A stretch of 64,000 nt of DNA from Clostridia bacterium. Lineage in GTDB: Bacteria; Bacillota; Clostridia; UMGS1840. Of the stretch, positions 42,443-53,451 are shown piece after piece. The stretch spans positions 14,375-78,374 of the forward strand of contig JAZRFJ010000006.1 in NCBI GenBank assembly GCA_045661305.1. The letters run 5' to 3'. Below the pieces are notes generated by a model that made no database searches, was not told the DNA's origin, and saw nothing but the letters and a program-made list of their open reading frames with translations. Numbering within the stretch: the stretch's first letter is position 1; the number at the start of each line of letters is the position of its first letter. A program made the translations under genes and the position numbers.

Positions 42443-43645
42443 ATGGCAAAAGCTAAATTCGAAAGAAACAAACCACATGTTAACATTGGTACAATCGGTC
42501 ACGTTGACCATGGTAAAACTTCTTTAACAGCTGCTATAACAAAAGTTTTAGCACTCAAAGGTCAGGCTGAATATTCTGCTTACGATAACATCGATAAAGC
42601 ACCTGAAGAAAGAGAAAGAGGTATTACAATTTCTACAGCTCACGTTGAATACGAAACAGACAACAGACACTATGCACACGTTGACTGTCCTGGACACGCT
42701 GACTATGTTAAAAACATGATCACAGGTGCTGCTCAGATGGACGGTGCTATCCTCGTTGTATCAGCTGCTGACGGTCCAATGCCTCAGACAAGAGAACATA
42801 TCCTTCTTTCAAGACAGGTTGGTGTTCCTTATATCGTAGTATTCATGAACAAAAAAGACCAGGTTGACGATCCAGAACTTTTGGAACTCGTTGAAATGGA
42901 AATCAGAGAATTGCTCAACGAATATGAATTCCCAGGTGATGATATTCCGATCGTTGCAGGTTCAGCTCTCCAGGCTTTGGAATGTGCTTCAACAGATCCT
43001 TCAGCTCCTGAATACGCTCCAGTATTAGAGCTTATGGACAGAGTTGATGAATATATCCCAACACCTGAAAGAAAAGCAGACCTTCCATTCCTTATGCCTA
43101 TCGAAGATATCTTCTCAATCACAGGTAGAGGAACAGTTGCTACAGGTAGAGTTGAAAGAGGTCAGCTCAACATGTCTGACGAAGTTGAAATCGTTGGTCT
43201 TGCTGAAGAAGCTAGAAAAGTTGTTGTAACAGGTATCGAAATGTTCAGAAAACTTCTTGACTATGCTGAAGCTGGTGATAACGTTGGTGTACTTCTTAGA
43301 GGTATCCAGAGAGACGAAATCGAAAGAGGACAGGTTCTTGCTAAACCAGGTTCAATCCACCCACACACAAAGTTCAAAGCAGAAGTTTATGTTTTGACAA
43401 AAGATGAAGGTGGTAGACATACACCATTCTTTAACGATTACAGACCACAGTTCTATTTCAGAACAACAGACGTTACAGGTCAGATCAAATTACCAGAAGG
43501 CGTTGAAATGTGCATGCCTGGTGATAACGTAACAATGGAAGTTGAACTTATCAAACCTATCGCTATCGAAGAAGGATTGCGTTTCGCTATCCGTGAAGGT
43601 GGTAGAACAGTTGGTTCAGGTGTTGTTGCTTCAGTTGCTGAATAA
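42443..43645 (+). CDS. tuf: Elongation factor Tu
   Basis: [26 protein letters not shown]..., [12 protein letters not shown]. Confidence 0.99.
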   Translation: MAKAKFERNKPHVNIGTIGHVDHGKTSLTAAITKVLALKGQAEYSAYDNIDKAPEERERGITISTAHVEYETDNRHYAHVDCPGHADYVKNMITGAAQMDGAILVVSAADGPMPQTREHILLSRQVGVPYIVVFMNKKDQVDDPELLELVEMEIRELLNEYEFPGDDIPIVAGSALQALECASTDPSAPEYAPVLELMDRVDEYIPTPERKADLPFLMPIEDIFSITGRGTVATGRVERGQLNMSDEVEIVGLAEEARKVVVTGIEMFRKLLDYAEAGDNVGVLLRGIQRDEIERGQVLAKPGSIHPHTKFKAEVYVLTKDEGGRHTPFFNDYRPQFYFRTTDVTGQIKLPEGVEMCMPGDNVTMEVELIKPIAIEEGLRFAIREGGRTVGSGVVASVAE

Positions 43646-43673
43646 TAACATTCAAACTAAATAAAAACATTAT

Positions 43674-43710
43674 GGAGACTCGATTTTCGGGTCTCCTGTT
43701 TTTTTGTTTT
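43674..43710 (+). terminator. Intrinsic terminator after tuf
   Basis: A 9-bp stem, GGAGACTCG / CGGGTCTCC, followed by TGTTTTTTTGTTTT. Confidence 0.9.
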
Positions 43711-43831
43711 CTTTTCTCTTTTGGTTTCACATCGAAATAGAATAAAAAACAAACTAAAAAACTAATTAAATAGAAAAAATCGGAAAAAAGTAAAAAAATT
43801 TCAAAAAAATAAAAAAATTTTCAAAAAACAC

Positions 43832-43860
43832 TTGATTTTTTGTATAAAGTATGATACAAT
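43832..43860 (+). promoter_or_regulatory. Sigma-A promoter (extended -10) of the S10 operon
   Basis: TTGATT (43832-43837), a 17-nt spacer and TGaTACAAT (-10 at 43855-43860), with ~90 nt of phased A-tracts upstream. Confidence 0.65.
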
Positions 43861-44153
43861 ACTATCTGTTATGTTATGCGATGAAGTGGGAGGTGGCCCA
43901 GAAACCTTGTAACCGAGGGCTTTTGAGGGAATTTCCATGGAGTATGTCCGATTTAAAATTGGGCGGCTTAAATTACGGTTGGTCTTACACAATATGTCTG
44001 TGTATGTCTTCATATGCGTTTTTTATGCCCGAATTTTGTCTTAAAATCTCGGGAAATTTTATGCTTTGGGGATGAAACACACGGGTGAGTGTTAAGAAAA
44101 TTATACCGTGAAGCCATAACGAGAAACTATTATATTTTAGGAGGAACACGGTA
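43861..44153 (+). promoter_or_regulatory. Long (~290 nt) structured 5' leader of rpsJ, a candidate r-protein autoregulatory leader/attenuator
   Basis: The region is relatively GC-rich and contains several hairpins, including CCCGAATTTT/AAAATCTCGGG (44027-44052) followed by a U-rich stretch. It has no credible ORF. Confidence 0.4.
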
Positions 44154-44468
44154 ATGGCAGCAATGAAAGAAAAAATCAGAATCAGACTTAAGGCTTATGA
44201 TCATGTAATCCTTGACCAGTCTGCACAGAAGGTAGTGGAAACTGCAAAAAGAACAGGAGCAAATGTATCAGGTCCTGTACCACTTCCAACAAAGAAAGAG
44301 ATCGTTACAATCTTGAGAGCGGTTCACAAGTACAAAGATTCTCGTGAACAGTTTGAAATGAGAACTCACAAGAGAATGATCGACATTCTTAATCCGACAG
44401 CTAAGACAGTTGATGCTCTTATGAAGTTGGATTTACCTGCCGGCGTTGAATTTGATATTAAACTCTAA
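44154..44468 (+). CDS. rpsJ: 30S ribosomal protein S10
   Basis: [18 protein letters not shown]...; RBS AGGAGG. Confidence 0.98.
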   Translation: MAAMKEKIRIRLKAYDHVILDQSAQKVVETAKRTGANVSGPVPLPTKKEIVTILRAVHKYKDSREQFEMRTHKRMIDILNPTAKTVDALMKLDLPAGVEFDIKL

Positions 44469-44669
44469 TTCAAGCTGTAGGGAAAAAATTAAGACATATA
44501 TACATTTATATATATGCACCGCAATGTTTTTTAGCGATTGCCATCCTGTGTCAGGCGACGCTGATGTGGAAAAAATATTGCATTAACCTGTCCTTTAAAT
44601 AAAACTAAAAAACGAAAGGACAAAGGTCATGTTGGGGAACCAACCAATAACCATAGGAGGAGAAAGATT

Positions 44670-45308
44670 ATGGAAAAAGCAATCTTGGGTAAGAAAATAG
44701 GTATGACTCAACTTTTTTCGGAAACAGGTAAATTCATTCCTGTTACTGTAGTTGAAGCAGGTCCATGCGTAGTTACTCAGAAAAAGACTGTTGAAACAGA
44801 CGGTTACAACAGCATCCAGGTAGGCTTTGGCGACATTAAAGAAAAGAAAGTTAACAAGCCTATGAAAGGTCATTTTGACAAAGCAGGCGTAGCTGCTAAA
44901 AAATTCTTAAGAGAGTTCAGACTTGATGATATAAGTGCATATGAACTCGGACAGGAAATCACAGCATCAGTTTTTGCTGCAGGAGATTTTGTTGATGTGT
45001 CAGGTACATCTAAAGGTAAAGGTTACCAGGGTGTTATCAAAAGACACGGTCAGTCAAGAGTTCCTATGAGCCACGGTGCAGGTCCTGTACACAGAGAAGT
45101 TGGTTCAATGGGTGCTTGTTCATCACCTTCAAGAGTTTTCAAAGGCAAAAAGCTTGCAGGACAGATGGGTAACGAAAGAGTTACAGTACAGAACCTTGAA
45201 ATTGTTAAGGTTATGGAAGACAAAAACTTAATTTTGGTTAAAGGTGCAATTCCTGGTCCAAAAGGCGGTTTGGTAACAATCACAAATACAGTAAAATCAG
45301 GTAAATAA
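44670..45308 (+). CDS. rplC: 50S ribosomal protein L3
   Basis: [12 protein letters not shown]...[16 protein letters not shown]. Confidence 0.98.
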   Translation: MEKAILGKKIGMTQLFSETGKFIPVTVVEAGPCVVTQKKTVETDGYNSIQVGFGDIKEKKVNKPMKGHFDKAGVAAKKFLREFRLDDISAYELGQEITASVFAAGDFVDVSGTSKGKGYQGVIKRHGQSRVPMSHGAGPVHREVGSMGACSSPSRVFKGKKLAGQMGNERVTVQNLEIVKVMEDKNLILVKGAIPGPKGGLVTITNTVKSGK

Positions 45309-45367
45309 TTTTACCGAAGTTAAGAAAGAAACCGTCTTATTAAAGATGGTGAGAGGAGGAACTTAAG

Positions 45368-45991
45368 ATGCCTAAAGTAGCTTTATATAATATAGAAGGC
45401 AGCAAAATCGGCGATATCGAACTCAAAGACGAAATATTTGCCGTTGAAATCAGCAATGCAGCATTGCATATGACTGTAAAAAACTTTTTGGCTAATCAGA
45501 GACAAGGCACACAGTCAACTAAGACTCGTACAGAAGTAAGAGGTGGCGGTGCTAAGCCATGGAAACAAAAAGGAACAGGCCGTGCAAGACAGGGTTCAAT
45601 CCGTGCTCCACAGTGGACAGGCGGCGGTGTTGCACTCGGTCCTAAACCAAGAGATTACAGATATTCTCTTAACAAGAAGGTAAGAAGACTCGCTCTTAAA
45701 TCTGCACTTACTTCAAAAGTAAATGAAAATGCAATTTTTGTAGTAGATTCACTTGCTCTTCCACAGATTAAAACAAAAGAATTTGTTAAAGTTCTTAACA
45801 ACTTCAAAATAGAAAAGAAAGCATTCTTCGTAACAGGTGCTAAAGAAGACAACCTCGTTGCTTCAGCAAACAATGTTCCGGGAATCAAAACAGCAGTTGT
45901 TGACACAATCAACACATACGATCTTTTGACACACGATATCCTCGTTATCGAAAAATCAGCTGTTATCAAATTAGAGGAGGTGTACTCCTAA
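45368..45991 (+). CDS. rplD: 50S ribosomal protein L4
   Basis: [40 protein letters not shown]. Confidence 0.98.
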   Translation: MPKVALYNIEGSKIGDIELKDEIFAVEISNAALHMTVKNFLANQRQGTQSTKTRTEVRGGGAKPWKQKGTGRARQGSIRAPQWTGGGVALGPKPRDYRYSLNKKVRRLALKSALTSKVNENAIFVVDSLALPQIKTKEFVKVLNNFKIEKKAFFVTGAKEDNLVASANNVPGIKTAVVDTINTYDLLTHDILVIEKSAVIKLEEVYS

Positions 45992-46281
45992 TGAGTAAAG
46001 CATACGATATTATAATTGCCCCTATCATTTCTGAAAAATCAATGTCAATGATACAGGAAAAGAAGTACACATTTAAGGTTGCTAAAAATGCAAACAAAAT
46101 CGAAATCAAAAAAGCAATCGAGGAAATTTTCAAGGTAGAAGTTGACTGTGTAACAACTCTTAATGTAAGAGGCAAAATGAAGAGAGTCGGCGTTCATCAG
46201 GGAAAAACTCCTGATTGGAAGAAAGCGATTGTTAAGCTTAAAGGCACAAAGACAATTGAATTCTTTGAAAGCTTGCAATAA
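45991..46281 (+). CDS. rplW: 50S ribosomal protein L23
   Basis: 96 aa with a TAATG overlap with rplD; ISEKSM...YTFKV...A.K.EIK.A.E..F.V.V..V.T. Confidence 0.97.
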   Translation: MSKAYDIIIAPIISEKSMSMIQEKKYTFKVAKNANKIEIKKAIEEIFKVEVDCVTTLNVRGKMKRVGVHQGKTPDWKKAIVKLKGTKTIEFFESLQ

Positions 46282-46301
46282 TTGAAAGGGAGATGATTTA
46301 A

Positions 46302-47135
46302 ATGGCTATAAAAACATATAAACCAACTACTCCGTCAAGAAGATTTATGACCACAGCTGATTATTCTGGACTTTCAAAAGTAAAACCGGAAAAATCTTTG
46401 GTTGTATCACTCAAAAAGAATGCCGGAAGAAACAATTACGGTAGAATTACTGTAAGACACAGAGGCGGCGGAAACAAAGTTAAATACAGAATTATAGATT
46501 TCAAGAGAGATAAGATGGACATGAACGCAACAGTTCTTACTCTTGAATACGATCCAAACAGAACAGCTTATATCGCACTTGTTCAGTACGAAGACGGCGA
46601 AAAGAGATACATTCTCGCTCCTGACGGACTTAATGTTGGCGATGTAGTTACTTCTTCAGCTTCTGCTGATATTAAGCCGGGTAATGCACTTCCTTTGGAA
46701 AACATTCCAGTAGGTACAATTATCCACAACATTGAAATCAGCAAGAACAAAGGCGGTCAGCTTGTAAGAGCAGCAGGTAACGCAGCTCAGCTTATGGCTA
46801 AAGAAGGCGGCTATGCACTTATAAGACTTCCTTCAGGCGAAGTTAGAAAAGTTCTTATCAGCTGTATGGCTACAATCGGTCAGGTAAGTAACTTAGAGCA
46901 TGAAAATGTTTCAATCGGTAAAGCAGGTAGAAAAAGACATATGGGCATAAGACCTACCGTTCGTGGTGTTGTTATGAATCCATGTGACCATCCACACGGT
47001 GGTGGTGAAGGTAAATCACCTATCGGTCGTCCGTCACCTGTTACACCTTGGGGTAAACCGGCACTCGGTTACAAAACAAGAAAAACAAAGAAACATTCTT
47101 CTAAGCTTATTATCAAAGACAGAAGATCTAAATAA
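46302..47135 (+). CDS. rplB: 50S ribosomal protein L2
   Basis: [14 protein letters not shown]...[15 protein letters not shown]. Confidence 0.99.
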   Translation: MAIKTYKPTTPSRRFMTTADYSGLSKVKPEKSLVVSLKKNAGRNNYGRITVRHRGGGNKVKYRIIDFKRDKMDMNATVLTLEYDPNRTAYIALVQYEDGEKRYILAPDGLNVGDVVTSSASADIKPGNALPLENIPVGTIIHNIEISKNKGGQLVRAAGNAAQLMAKEGGYALIRLPSGEVRKVLISCMATIGQVSNLEHENVSIGKAGRKRHMGIRPTVRGVVMNPCDHPHGGGEGKSPIGRPSPVTPWGKPALGYKTRKTKKHSSKLIIKDRRSK

Positions 47136-47186
47136 TACAGTGCAAAGTTGTGCATAAGTATGAGAAATAATTAAGGAGGCAGTAAA

Positions 47187-47459
47187 ATGAGCCGTTCGAT
47201 AAAAAAAGGACCTTTCGTTGATCCTAAGCTCTTAAAAAGAGTTGAAGAAATGAATGCGAATAACGAACAGAGAGTTTTAAAAACATGGTCTCGTTCTTCA
47301 ACAATTTTCCCACAGTTTGTTGGTCATACAATAGCTGTTTATGACGGAAGAAAGCATGTTCCTGTTTATGTAACAGAAGATATGGTAGGACACAAATTAG
47401 GTGAATTTGCTCCTACAAGAACATTCAAAGGTCATGCAGGCGCAAAAACAACGAAATAA
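47187..47459 (+). CDS. rpsS: 30S ribosomal protein S19
   Basis: [12 protein letters not shown]...[38 protein letters not shown]. Confidence 0.99.
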   Translation: MSRSIKKGPFVDPKLLKRVEEMNANNEQRVLKTWSRSSTIFPQFVGHTIAVYDGRKHVPVYVTEDMVGHKLGEFAPTRTFKGHAGAKTTK

Positions 47460-47523
47460 TTTAAAAATTTAACTAAGAATAATAAAGATACCCAAAGAGA
47501 TGGGTTTTAGAGGAGGAATTAAG

Positions 47524-47859
47524 ATGGAGGCAAAAGCAACACTCCGTTACGCAAGAATATCTCCCCGCAAGGTAAAGATAGTAATTGATTTAATAAGAAA
47601 CAAACCGGTAGATCAGGCATTGGCAATCGTAAGACACACACCAAAAGCTGCATCACCATTGGTTGAAAAATTATTATTGTCAGCTATAGCAAATGCGGAA
47701 AATAACAACAACATGGCAAGAGAAGATTTATATGTTTCAGAATGTTTCGCAAACCCAGGCCCAATTCTTAAGAGAATTATGCCAAGAGCACAGGGAAGAG
47801 CATTCAGAATAAACAAAAGAACAAGTCATATAACAGTTGTTGTTAAAGAAAGAGGATAA
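47524..47859 (+). CDS. rplV: 50S ribosomal protein L22
   Basis: [18 protein letters not shown]..., with the RBS GGAGG 8 nt upstream. The ORF-track start at 47500 is an over-extension. Confidence 0.96.
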   Translation: MEAKATLRYARISPRKVKIVIDLIRNKPVDQALAIVRHTPKAASPLVEKLLLSAIANAENNNNMAREDLYVSECFANPGPILKRIMPRAQGRAFRINKRTSHITVVVKERG

Positions 47860-47874
47860 GGAGGTATCGCGCAA

Positions 47875-48552
47875 ATGGGTCAGAAAGTTAATCCACATGG
47901 TCTCAGAGTTGGTGTTATAAAAGACTGGGACTCAAAATGGTACGCACCCGACCATAAATTCGGTGATACTTTGGTCGAGGACAATAAAATAAGAAAGTTC
48001 TTGAAAAAGGAACTTTATCAGGCTGGAATTTCTAAGATTGAAATAGAAAGAAAAGCAAATAAAATATTCGTAAAAATCTTCACAGCAAAACCTGGTATGC
48101 TTATCGGTAAAGGCGGCGCAGAGCTTGAAAAAATCAGAGCATCTGTTGTTAAGCTTATCGGAAGAGATGCAAGCGTAAATGTAAACATCGTTGAAGTTAA
48201 GCATGCTGAAATGGACGCAACATTAGTTGCTGAAAACATTGCTGCACAGCTCGAAAAAAGAATTTCTTTCAGAAGAGCTATGAAGCAGGCTATGCAAAGA
48301 ACAATGAAGCTTGGTGCTAAAGGTATCAAGACTGCAGTTTCAGGCCGTGTAGGCGGTGCAGAAATCGCTAGAACAGAGCATTACCATGAAGGTACAATTC
48401 CGCTCCAGACACTTAGAGCAGACATTGACTATGGTTTTGCAGAAGCTGATACAACATACGGTAAACTCGGTGTTAAAGTATGGATATACAAAGGCGAAGT
48501 TCTTCCTGAAAACAAAAATTCCAAAAAAAATACTCAAGAGGGAGGAAAATAA
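47875..48552 (+). CDS. rpsC: 30S ribosomal protein S3
   Basis: [13 protein letters not shown]...KH domain...[12 protein letters not shown]. Confidence 0.99.
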   Translation: MGQKVNPHGLRVGVIKDWDSKWYAPDHKFGDTLVEDNKIRKFLKKELYQAGISKIEIERKANKIFVKIFTAKPGMLIGKGGAELEKIRASVVKLIGRDASVNVNIVEVKHAEMDATLVAENIAAQLEKRISFRRAMKQAMQRTMKLGAKGIKTAVSGRVGGAEIARTEHYHEGTIPLQTLRADIDYGFAEADTTYGKLGVKVWIYKGEVLPENKNSKKNTQEGGK

Positions 48553-48555
48553 GCT

Positions 48556-48990
48556 ATGTTAATGCCTAAAAGAGTAAAAAGAAGAAAACAGTTCAGAGGC
48601 AGAATGAAAGGTAAAGCTTTAAGAGGTAACAAAGTTACTTATGGCCAGTTCGGTATTCAGGCTGTTGAACCAGGCTGGATTACAGGAAACCAGATTGAAG
48701 CTGCCCGTATTGCCATCAACCGTTTTATAAAAAGAGGCGGTAAAGTTTGGATTAAAATTTTCCCTGACAAACCTGTAACAGAAAAACCTGCTGAAACTCG
48801 TATGGGTAGCGGTAAAGGTTCACCAGAATACTGGGTAGCTGTTGTTAAGCCAGGCAGAGTTTTATTCGAGCTTGCCGGAGTAGATGAAGCAGTTGCAAGA
48901 GAAGCGTTGAGATTGGCTCAGCACAAGCTCCCAATCAAAACCAAAATTGTAATGCGTGAAGAAGTGGAGGAAGTAAGCGATGAAGGTTAA
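48556..48990 (+). CDS. rplP: 50S ribosomal protein L16
   Basis: [19 protein letters not shown]... Confidence 0.98.
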   Translation: MLMPKRVKRRKQFRGRMKGKALRGNKVTYGQFGIQAVEPGWITGNQIEAARIAINRFIKRGGKVWIKIFPDKPVTEKPAETRMGSGKGSPEYWVAVVKPGRVLFELAGVDEAVAREALRLAQHKLPIKTKIVMREEVEEVSDEG

Positions 48991-49180
48991 GGAAATTAGA
49001 AATTTAGCTGATATTGAGCTTAATCAGAAACTCGCTGATCTGAAAGCTGAACTTTTTAACTTAAGATTAAATCATGCAACAAACCAGTTGGATAATCCGC
49101 TCAGAATGAAAGAAGTTAAGAAAACAATAGCTAAAATAAAGACAGTGTTAAAAGAAAGAGAATTAGGTATTGACCGTTAA
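48980..49180 (+). CDS. rpmC: 50S ribosomal protein L29
   Basis: MKVKEIRNL...[28 protein letters not shown], with an 11-nt overlap with rplP. Confidence 0.97.
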   Translation: MKVKEIRNLADIELNQKLADLKAELFNLRLNHATNQLDNPLRMKEVKKTIAKIKTVLKERELGIDR

Positions 49181-49218
49181 GTGATACTTAAATGGTAAAT
49201 ACACAAGGAGGATTTAAA

Positions 49219-49476
49219 ATGGCTGAAAGAGGCTTCAGAAAGGTGAGAGTCGGAGAAGTTGTCAGCGACAAAATGGATAAAACCATTGTTGTTAAAATCG
49301 AGGACTCCGTAAAACACCCGTTATACAAAAAAATTATAAAAAGAAGTATTAAGCTTAAAGCACACGATGAATTAAATGAATGCGGTATTGGCGACAGAGT
49401 TGAAATCATGGAAACAAGACCGCTCTCCAAGGATAAAAGATGGAGACTCACAAAAATCGTTGAAAAAGCGAAATAA
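49219..49476 (+). CDS. rpsQ: 30S ribosomal protein S17
   Basis: [25 protein letters not shown]...; RBS AAGGAGG. The ORF-track start at 49192 is an over-extension. Confidence 0.96.
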   Translation: MAERGFRKVRVGEVVSDKMDKTIVVKIEDSVKHPLYKKIIKRSIKLKAHDELNECGIGDRVEIMETRPLSKDKRWRLTKIVEKAK

Positions 49477-49587
49477 TAAATACTTTGAACTATACAAGTT
49501 TTTAATAAAGTGGTCTGCGAAAAAAGAGGCTATGTGGAATAAAATCTGTTTTATATAGCAGTTTTGCAGATGATAAGGAGGATTACT

Positions 49588-49956
49588 ATGATTCAGCAAG
49601 AGAGCAGAATGAAAGTAGCCGACAACACAGGAGCAAAAGAATTGCTCACCATCAGAGTATTGGGCGGTTCTAAAAAAAGATATGCAAATATCGGCGATGT
49701 AGTTGTTGCTACAGTTAAAAAAGCAGCACCTGGCGGCGTTGTTAAAAAAGGTGATGTTGTTAAAGCTGTTATCGTAAGAAGCGTAAAAGGTACAAGAAGA
49801 CCTGACGGAACATACATTAAATTCGACGAAAACGCAGCTGTAATAATCAAAGATGATAAAAACCCGAGAGGTACTCGTATTTTTGGGCCTGTTGCAAGAG
49901 AACTTCGTGACAAAGAATATTCAAAAATTTTATCTTTGGCCCCTGAAGTATTGTAA
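49588..49956 (+). CDS. rplN: 50S ribosomal protein L14
   Basis: [18 protein letters not shown]...; RBS AAGGAGG. The ORF-track start at 49564 is an over-extension. Confidence 0.97.
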   Translation: MIQQESRMKVADNTGAKELLTIRVLGGSKKRYANIGDVVVATVKKAAPGGVVKKGDVVKAVIVRSVKGTRRPDGTYIKFDENAAVIIKDDKNPRGTRIFGPVARELRDKEYSKILSLAPEVL

Positions 49957-49971
49957 GGGAGGACTTAAATT

Positions 49972-50295
49972 ATGTACAAGAAATTAAAAATTAAGAAGAA
50001 TGACCAGGTAATGGTTATTTCCGGAAAAGATAAAAACAAAAAAGGTAAAGTTCTTGTTGCAGATCCTAAGAACGGTAAAGTAATCGTTGAAGGCGTAAAC
50101 ATGGCAACAAAACACAAAAAACCAAGATCACAGACTCAGACAGGCGGCATCATTAAACAGGAAATCGCAATCAACGCATCAAAAGTTATGCTTGTTTGCC
50201 CTAAATGTTCAGCTGCTACAAGAGTAGGTTACAAAATTTTAGACGACGGATCAAAAGTTAGATACTGTAAAAAGTGTTCTGAAACTTTGGACTAA
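49972..50295 (+). CDS. rplX: 50S ribosomal protein L24 (with an unusual Cys4 C-terminus)
   Basis: It has a KOW motif (KKNDQVMVISGKDKNKKGKV). The C-terminus is CPKCSAATRVGYKILDDGSKVRYCKKC. Confidence 0.97.
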   Translation: MYKKLKIKKNDQVMVISGKDKNKKGKVLVADPKNGKVIVEGVNMATKHKKPRSQTQTGGIIKQEIAINASKVMLVCPKCSAATRVGYKILDDGSKVRYCKKCSETLD

Positions 50296-50314
50296 TAAAG
50301 GGAGGTAAGACTAA

Positions 50315-50857
50315 ATGTCAAACTTAGCAAATTTATATAAAAGCGAAGTTGCACCTGCCTTAATGTCAAAATTTGGTTACAAATCAGTAATGCAAATTCC
50401 TAAAATTGACAAGGTAGTAATAAATATCGGTGTTGGCGAAGCTAAAGACAATCAGAAAGCGTTAGACTCTGCTGCAAATGACCTTGCAGTTATTACAGGT
50501 CAGAAGCCTGTACTCACAAAGGCAAAAAAATCAGTTTCTAACTTCAAATTAAGAGAAGGTATGAACATTGGTTGTAAGGTTACTTTGAGAGGCGAAAGAA
50601 TGTACGATTTCATTGAAAGATTATTCTGCGTGGCACTTCCACGAGTAAGAGACTTCAGAGGAATCAGTGCAAACTCATTCGACGGACGCGGAAATTATGC
50701 TTTCGGTATCAAAGAACAGTTGATTTTCCCTGAAATCGAATTTGATAAAATCGACAAAATCAGAGGTATGGATATTGCGTTTATAACAACAGCACAGACA
50801 GATGAAGAAGCAAAAGAGCTTCTCACACTCATGGGTGCACCGTTTATAAAGGCGTAA
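50315..50857 (+). CDS. rplE: 50S ribosomal protein L5
   Basis: [15 protein letters not shown]...[26 protein letters not shown]. Confidence 0.98.
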   Translation: MSNLANLYKSEVAPALMSKFGYKSVMQIPKIDKVVINIGVGEAKDNQKALDSAANDLAVITGQKPVLTKAKKSVSNFKLREGMNIGCKVTLRGERMYDFIERLFCVALPRVRDFRGISANSFDGRGNYAFGIKEQLIFPEIEFDKIDKIRGMDIAFITTAQTDEEAKELLTLMGAPFIKA

Positions 50858-50941
50858 GATTAGATTAGAAGAAAAAGAGCGGTAAAGAAACTTTAAAAAG
50901 ATTCTTTACACCTCTTATACTTCAAGGGAAGGATGTAAATT

Positions 50942-51127
50942 ATGGCTAAAAAAGCAATGATTTTAAAACAGCAGAAAACGCAGAAATACAAAACAAGAGA
51001 ATACAACAGATGTAAAATCTGCGGAAGACCACATGCTTATCTTCGTAAATACGGTATCTGCCGTATCTGCTTCAGAGAATTAGCTTACAAAGGTCAGATT
51101 CCTGGCGTTAAGAAAGCAAGCTGGTAA
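50942..51127 (+). CDS. rpsN: 30S ribosomal protein S14 type Z (zinc-binding, 61 aa)
   Basis: [61 protein letters not shown]. Confidence 0.98.
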   Translation: MAKKAMILKQQKTQKYKTREYNRCKICGRPHAYLRKYGICRICFRELAYKGQIPGVKKASW

Positions 51128-51239
51128 AATTAAAATTTCAGCCTTTTAAAAAAGGCTAATAAAACAATAAAAACATGGTTTTAGGTAAGTCGTATCACCA
51201 CAGGCGTGATAAACAATACCTTGAAAAGGAGGCAACAAA

Positions 51240-51638
51240 ATGCAAATAACAGATCCAATTGCAGATATGCTTACAAGAATCAGAAATGCAGGCTCAGCAA
51301 AGCATGATACTGTTGATGTTCCGGCATCAAACATGAAAAAAGCTATCGCTGAAATCCTTTTGGAAGAAGGATATATCAAAAACTTCCAGTTAATCGACAA
51401 CAGCACACAGGGTATTATAAGAATTACTCTTAAATACGGTGCTAACAAAAAGAATGTAATCAGTGGTTTGAAGAGAGTTTCAAAACCGGGCTTGAGAGTT
51501 TACTCAAAGAGCGAAGATATGCCTAAAGTATTAAAAGGCCTCGGTATAGCTCTTGTTTCAACATCAAAAGGAATCATGACTGATAAGAAAGCAAGACAGG
51601 AAAATGTCGGCGGCGAAGTACTCGCTTATATTTGGTAA
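51240..51638 (+). CDS. rpsH: 30S ribosomal protein S8
   Basis: [17 protein letters not shown]... Confidence 0.98.
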   Translation: MQITDPIADMLTRIRNAGSAKHDTVDVPASNMKKAIAEILLEEGYIKNFQLIDNSTQGIIRITLKYGANKKNVISGLKRVSKPGLRVYSKSEDMPKVLKGLGIALVSTSKGIMTDKKARQENVGGEVLAYIW

Positions 51639-51653
51639 TGGAGGGTAAGGATT

Positions 51654-52202
51654 ATGTCAAGAATAGGTAGAATGCCGATCTCTATACCAAGCGGTGTTGA
51701 AATCAAAATCGGCGACGAAAATGTTGTTACGGTTAAAGGTAAACTCGGAACTTTGGAACAGAAATTCAACAAAAACATGACAATAAAAGTTGAAAACAAC
51801 GAAGTTCTTGTTACAAGACCTAACGATGATAAAGAGAACAGATCACTTCACGGTTTGACACGTACACTTATAGCTAATATGGTTAAGGGTGTAACAGACG
51901 GATTTACAAAAGAGCTTGAAATCAACGGTGTTGGTTACAGGGTTGCAAAACAGGGTAACAAAATAGTGATGAACCTCGGTTATTCACATCAGGTTGAAAT
52001 GGAAGAAATTCCTGGAATCAAACTTGAATGCCCATCAGCAAACAAAATTACAGTAACCGGTCCTGACAAGCAGATTGTAGGTCAGTTTGCTGCAAAAATC
52101 AGAGAAAAAAGACCACCTGAACCATATAAAGGCAAAGGTATCAAATATGCTGATGAAGTTATTATCAGAAAAGAAGGTAAAACCGGTGCTAAGAAGAAAT
52201 AA
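51654..52202 (+). CDS. rplF: 50S ribosomal protein L6
   Basis: [19 protein letters not shown]...[11 protein letters not shown]. Confidence 0.98.
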   Translation: MSRIGRMPISIPSGVEIKIGDENVVTVKGKLGTLEQKFNKNMTIKVENNEVLVTRPNDDKENRSLHGLTRTLIANMVKGVTDGFTKELEINGVGYRVAKQGNKIVMNLGYSHQVEMEEIPGIKLECPSANKITVTGPDKQIVGQFAAKIREKRPPEPYKGKGIKYADEVIIRKEGKTGAKKK

Positions 52203-52253
52203 GCTTAGCATTGCAGCTTAAATCAATTTAAGTATGTTAAAGGAGTGAAAACA

Positions 52254-52616
52254 GTGATTAAAAAAGTTAGTAGCAATAAAGCAAGAATTAAGAGACATTA
52301 TAGAATAAGAAATAAGATTAGCGGAACAGCTGAGAGACCAAGACTCAGCGTTTACCGTAGCTTAAATCATATTTACGCTCAGCTTATCGATGATGTAGCA
52401 GGCGTAACTTTGGCAAGTGCATCAACTTTAAGTGCTGAATTCGGAAAGAAGAACGGCGGAAATGTTGAAGCAGCAAAAGAAATCGGCTTAATGATAGCTA
52501 AAAAAGCAGCTGAAAAAGGTATTACAACAGTAGTATTTGACAGAAGCGGATATTTATATCACGGAAGAGTTGCTGCATTAGCTGACGGAGCCAGAGAAGG
52601 CGGACTTCAGTTCTAA
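52254..52616 (+). CDS. rplR: 50S ribosomal protein L18
   Basis: The GTG at 52254 lies 8 nt after AAGGAG. The translation is (V)[35 protein letters not shown]...[12 protein letters not shown]. The ORF-track start is 52245. Confidence 0.95.
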   Translation: MIKKVSSNKARIKRHYRIRNKISGTAERPRLSVYRSLNHIYAQLIDDVAGVTLASASTLSAEFGKKNGGNVEAAKEIGLMIAKKAAEKGITTVVFDRSGYLYHGRVAALADGAREGGLQF

Positions 52617-52644
52617 TGGAACTCGATAAGGAGGAGAAGAAAGC

Positions 52645-53151
52645 ATGAATCAAACAAAAATAGATCCATCAGTTTTGGATATAAAAGAAAAAGTAGTTGC
52701 TTTAAACAGAGTTGCTAAGGTTGTTAAGGGTGGTAGAACATTCCGTTTCTCAGCTTTGGTTGTTGTAGGTGACGAAAACGGTAGAGTAGGATGCGGTATG
52801 GGTAAAGCTGCCGAAATTCCTGACGCTATCAGAAAAGGTATCGAAGATGCTAAGAAAAACATGGTTGAAGTTGCACTTTACAAAACATCAATTCCACACG
52901 AAATAATCGGTGAATTTGGTGCAGGAAGAGTTCTTCTTAAACCAGCAGCAGAAGGTACAGGTGTTATCGCCGGCGGAGCTGTAAGAGCAGTTGTTGAGCT
53001 CGCAGGTATCAGAGATATCAGAACAAAGTGCTTGAGATCAAACAATCCAAGAAATGTTGTTTGTGCAACAATTGAAGGTCTCAAGAACCTTATGAGTTTA
53101 AAAGAATCAGCCGATAAAAGAGGCAAAACTCCGGCAGAAATCGTTAAATAA
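52645..53151 (+). CDS. rpsE: 30S ribosomal protein S5
   Basis: [40 protein letters not shown]. Confidence 0.98.
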   Translation: MNQTKIDPSVLDIKEKVVALNRVAKVVKGGRTFRFSALVVVGDENGRVGCGMGKAAEIPDAIRKGIEDAKKNMVEVALYKTSIPHEIIGEFGAGRVLLKPAAEGTGVIAGGAVRAVVELAGIRDIRTKCLRSNNPRNVVCATIEGLKNLMSLKESADKRGKTPAEIVK

Positions 53152-53225
53152 GCTTTTAAGTTATTTTGTATTTGATAAGAAAGGAGTAGCTTTCAACTAA
53201 AAATTGAAAGCTCGGGGACAAAAAA

Positions 53226-53405
53226 ATGGCTAAAATTAAAGTTGTTTTAAAGAAAAGCCTGATTGGACGCCTTGACAGTCATATCAAAACTGCCAATGCA
53301 CTCGGCTTGAAAAAAATAAGAGATGAAAAAATCCATAACGATACACCTCAGATCAGAGGTATGGTTAAAAAAGTATCATATCTTTTAGATGTAGAAGAAA
53401 TGTAA
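53226..53405 (+). CDS. rpmD: 50S ribosomal protein L30
   Basis: It is not in the ORF track (59 aa). The translation is [59 protein letters not shown]. It has the conserved position between rpsE and rplO. Confidence 0.93.
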   Translation: MAKIKVVLKKSLIGRLDSHIKTANALGLKKIRDEKIHNDTPQIRGMVKKVSYLLDVEEM

Positions 53406-53451
53406 TTTTACATTTTGACAGCACAAATAATTATGGAGGTGTATTTATACT

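Noticed and set aside
43715-43740. parS-like half-site GTTTCAC in GGTTTCACATCGAAATA.
   Set aside because: The second half is not the inverted repeat GTGAAAC, so this is not a palindromic parS.
43851-44075. A 74-aa ORF inside the S10 leader.
   Set aside because: It starts inside the -10 region, has no RBS and has a Cys/Trp/Tyr-rich, implausible composition. The region is better explained as structured RNA.
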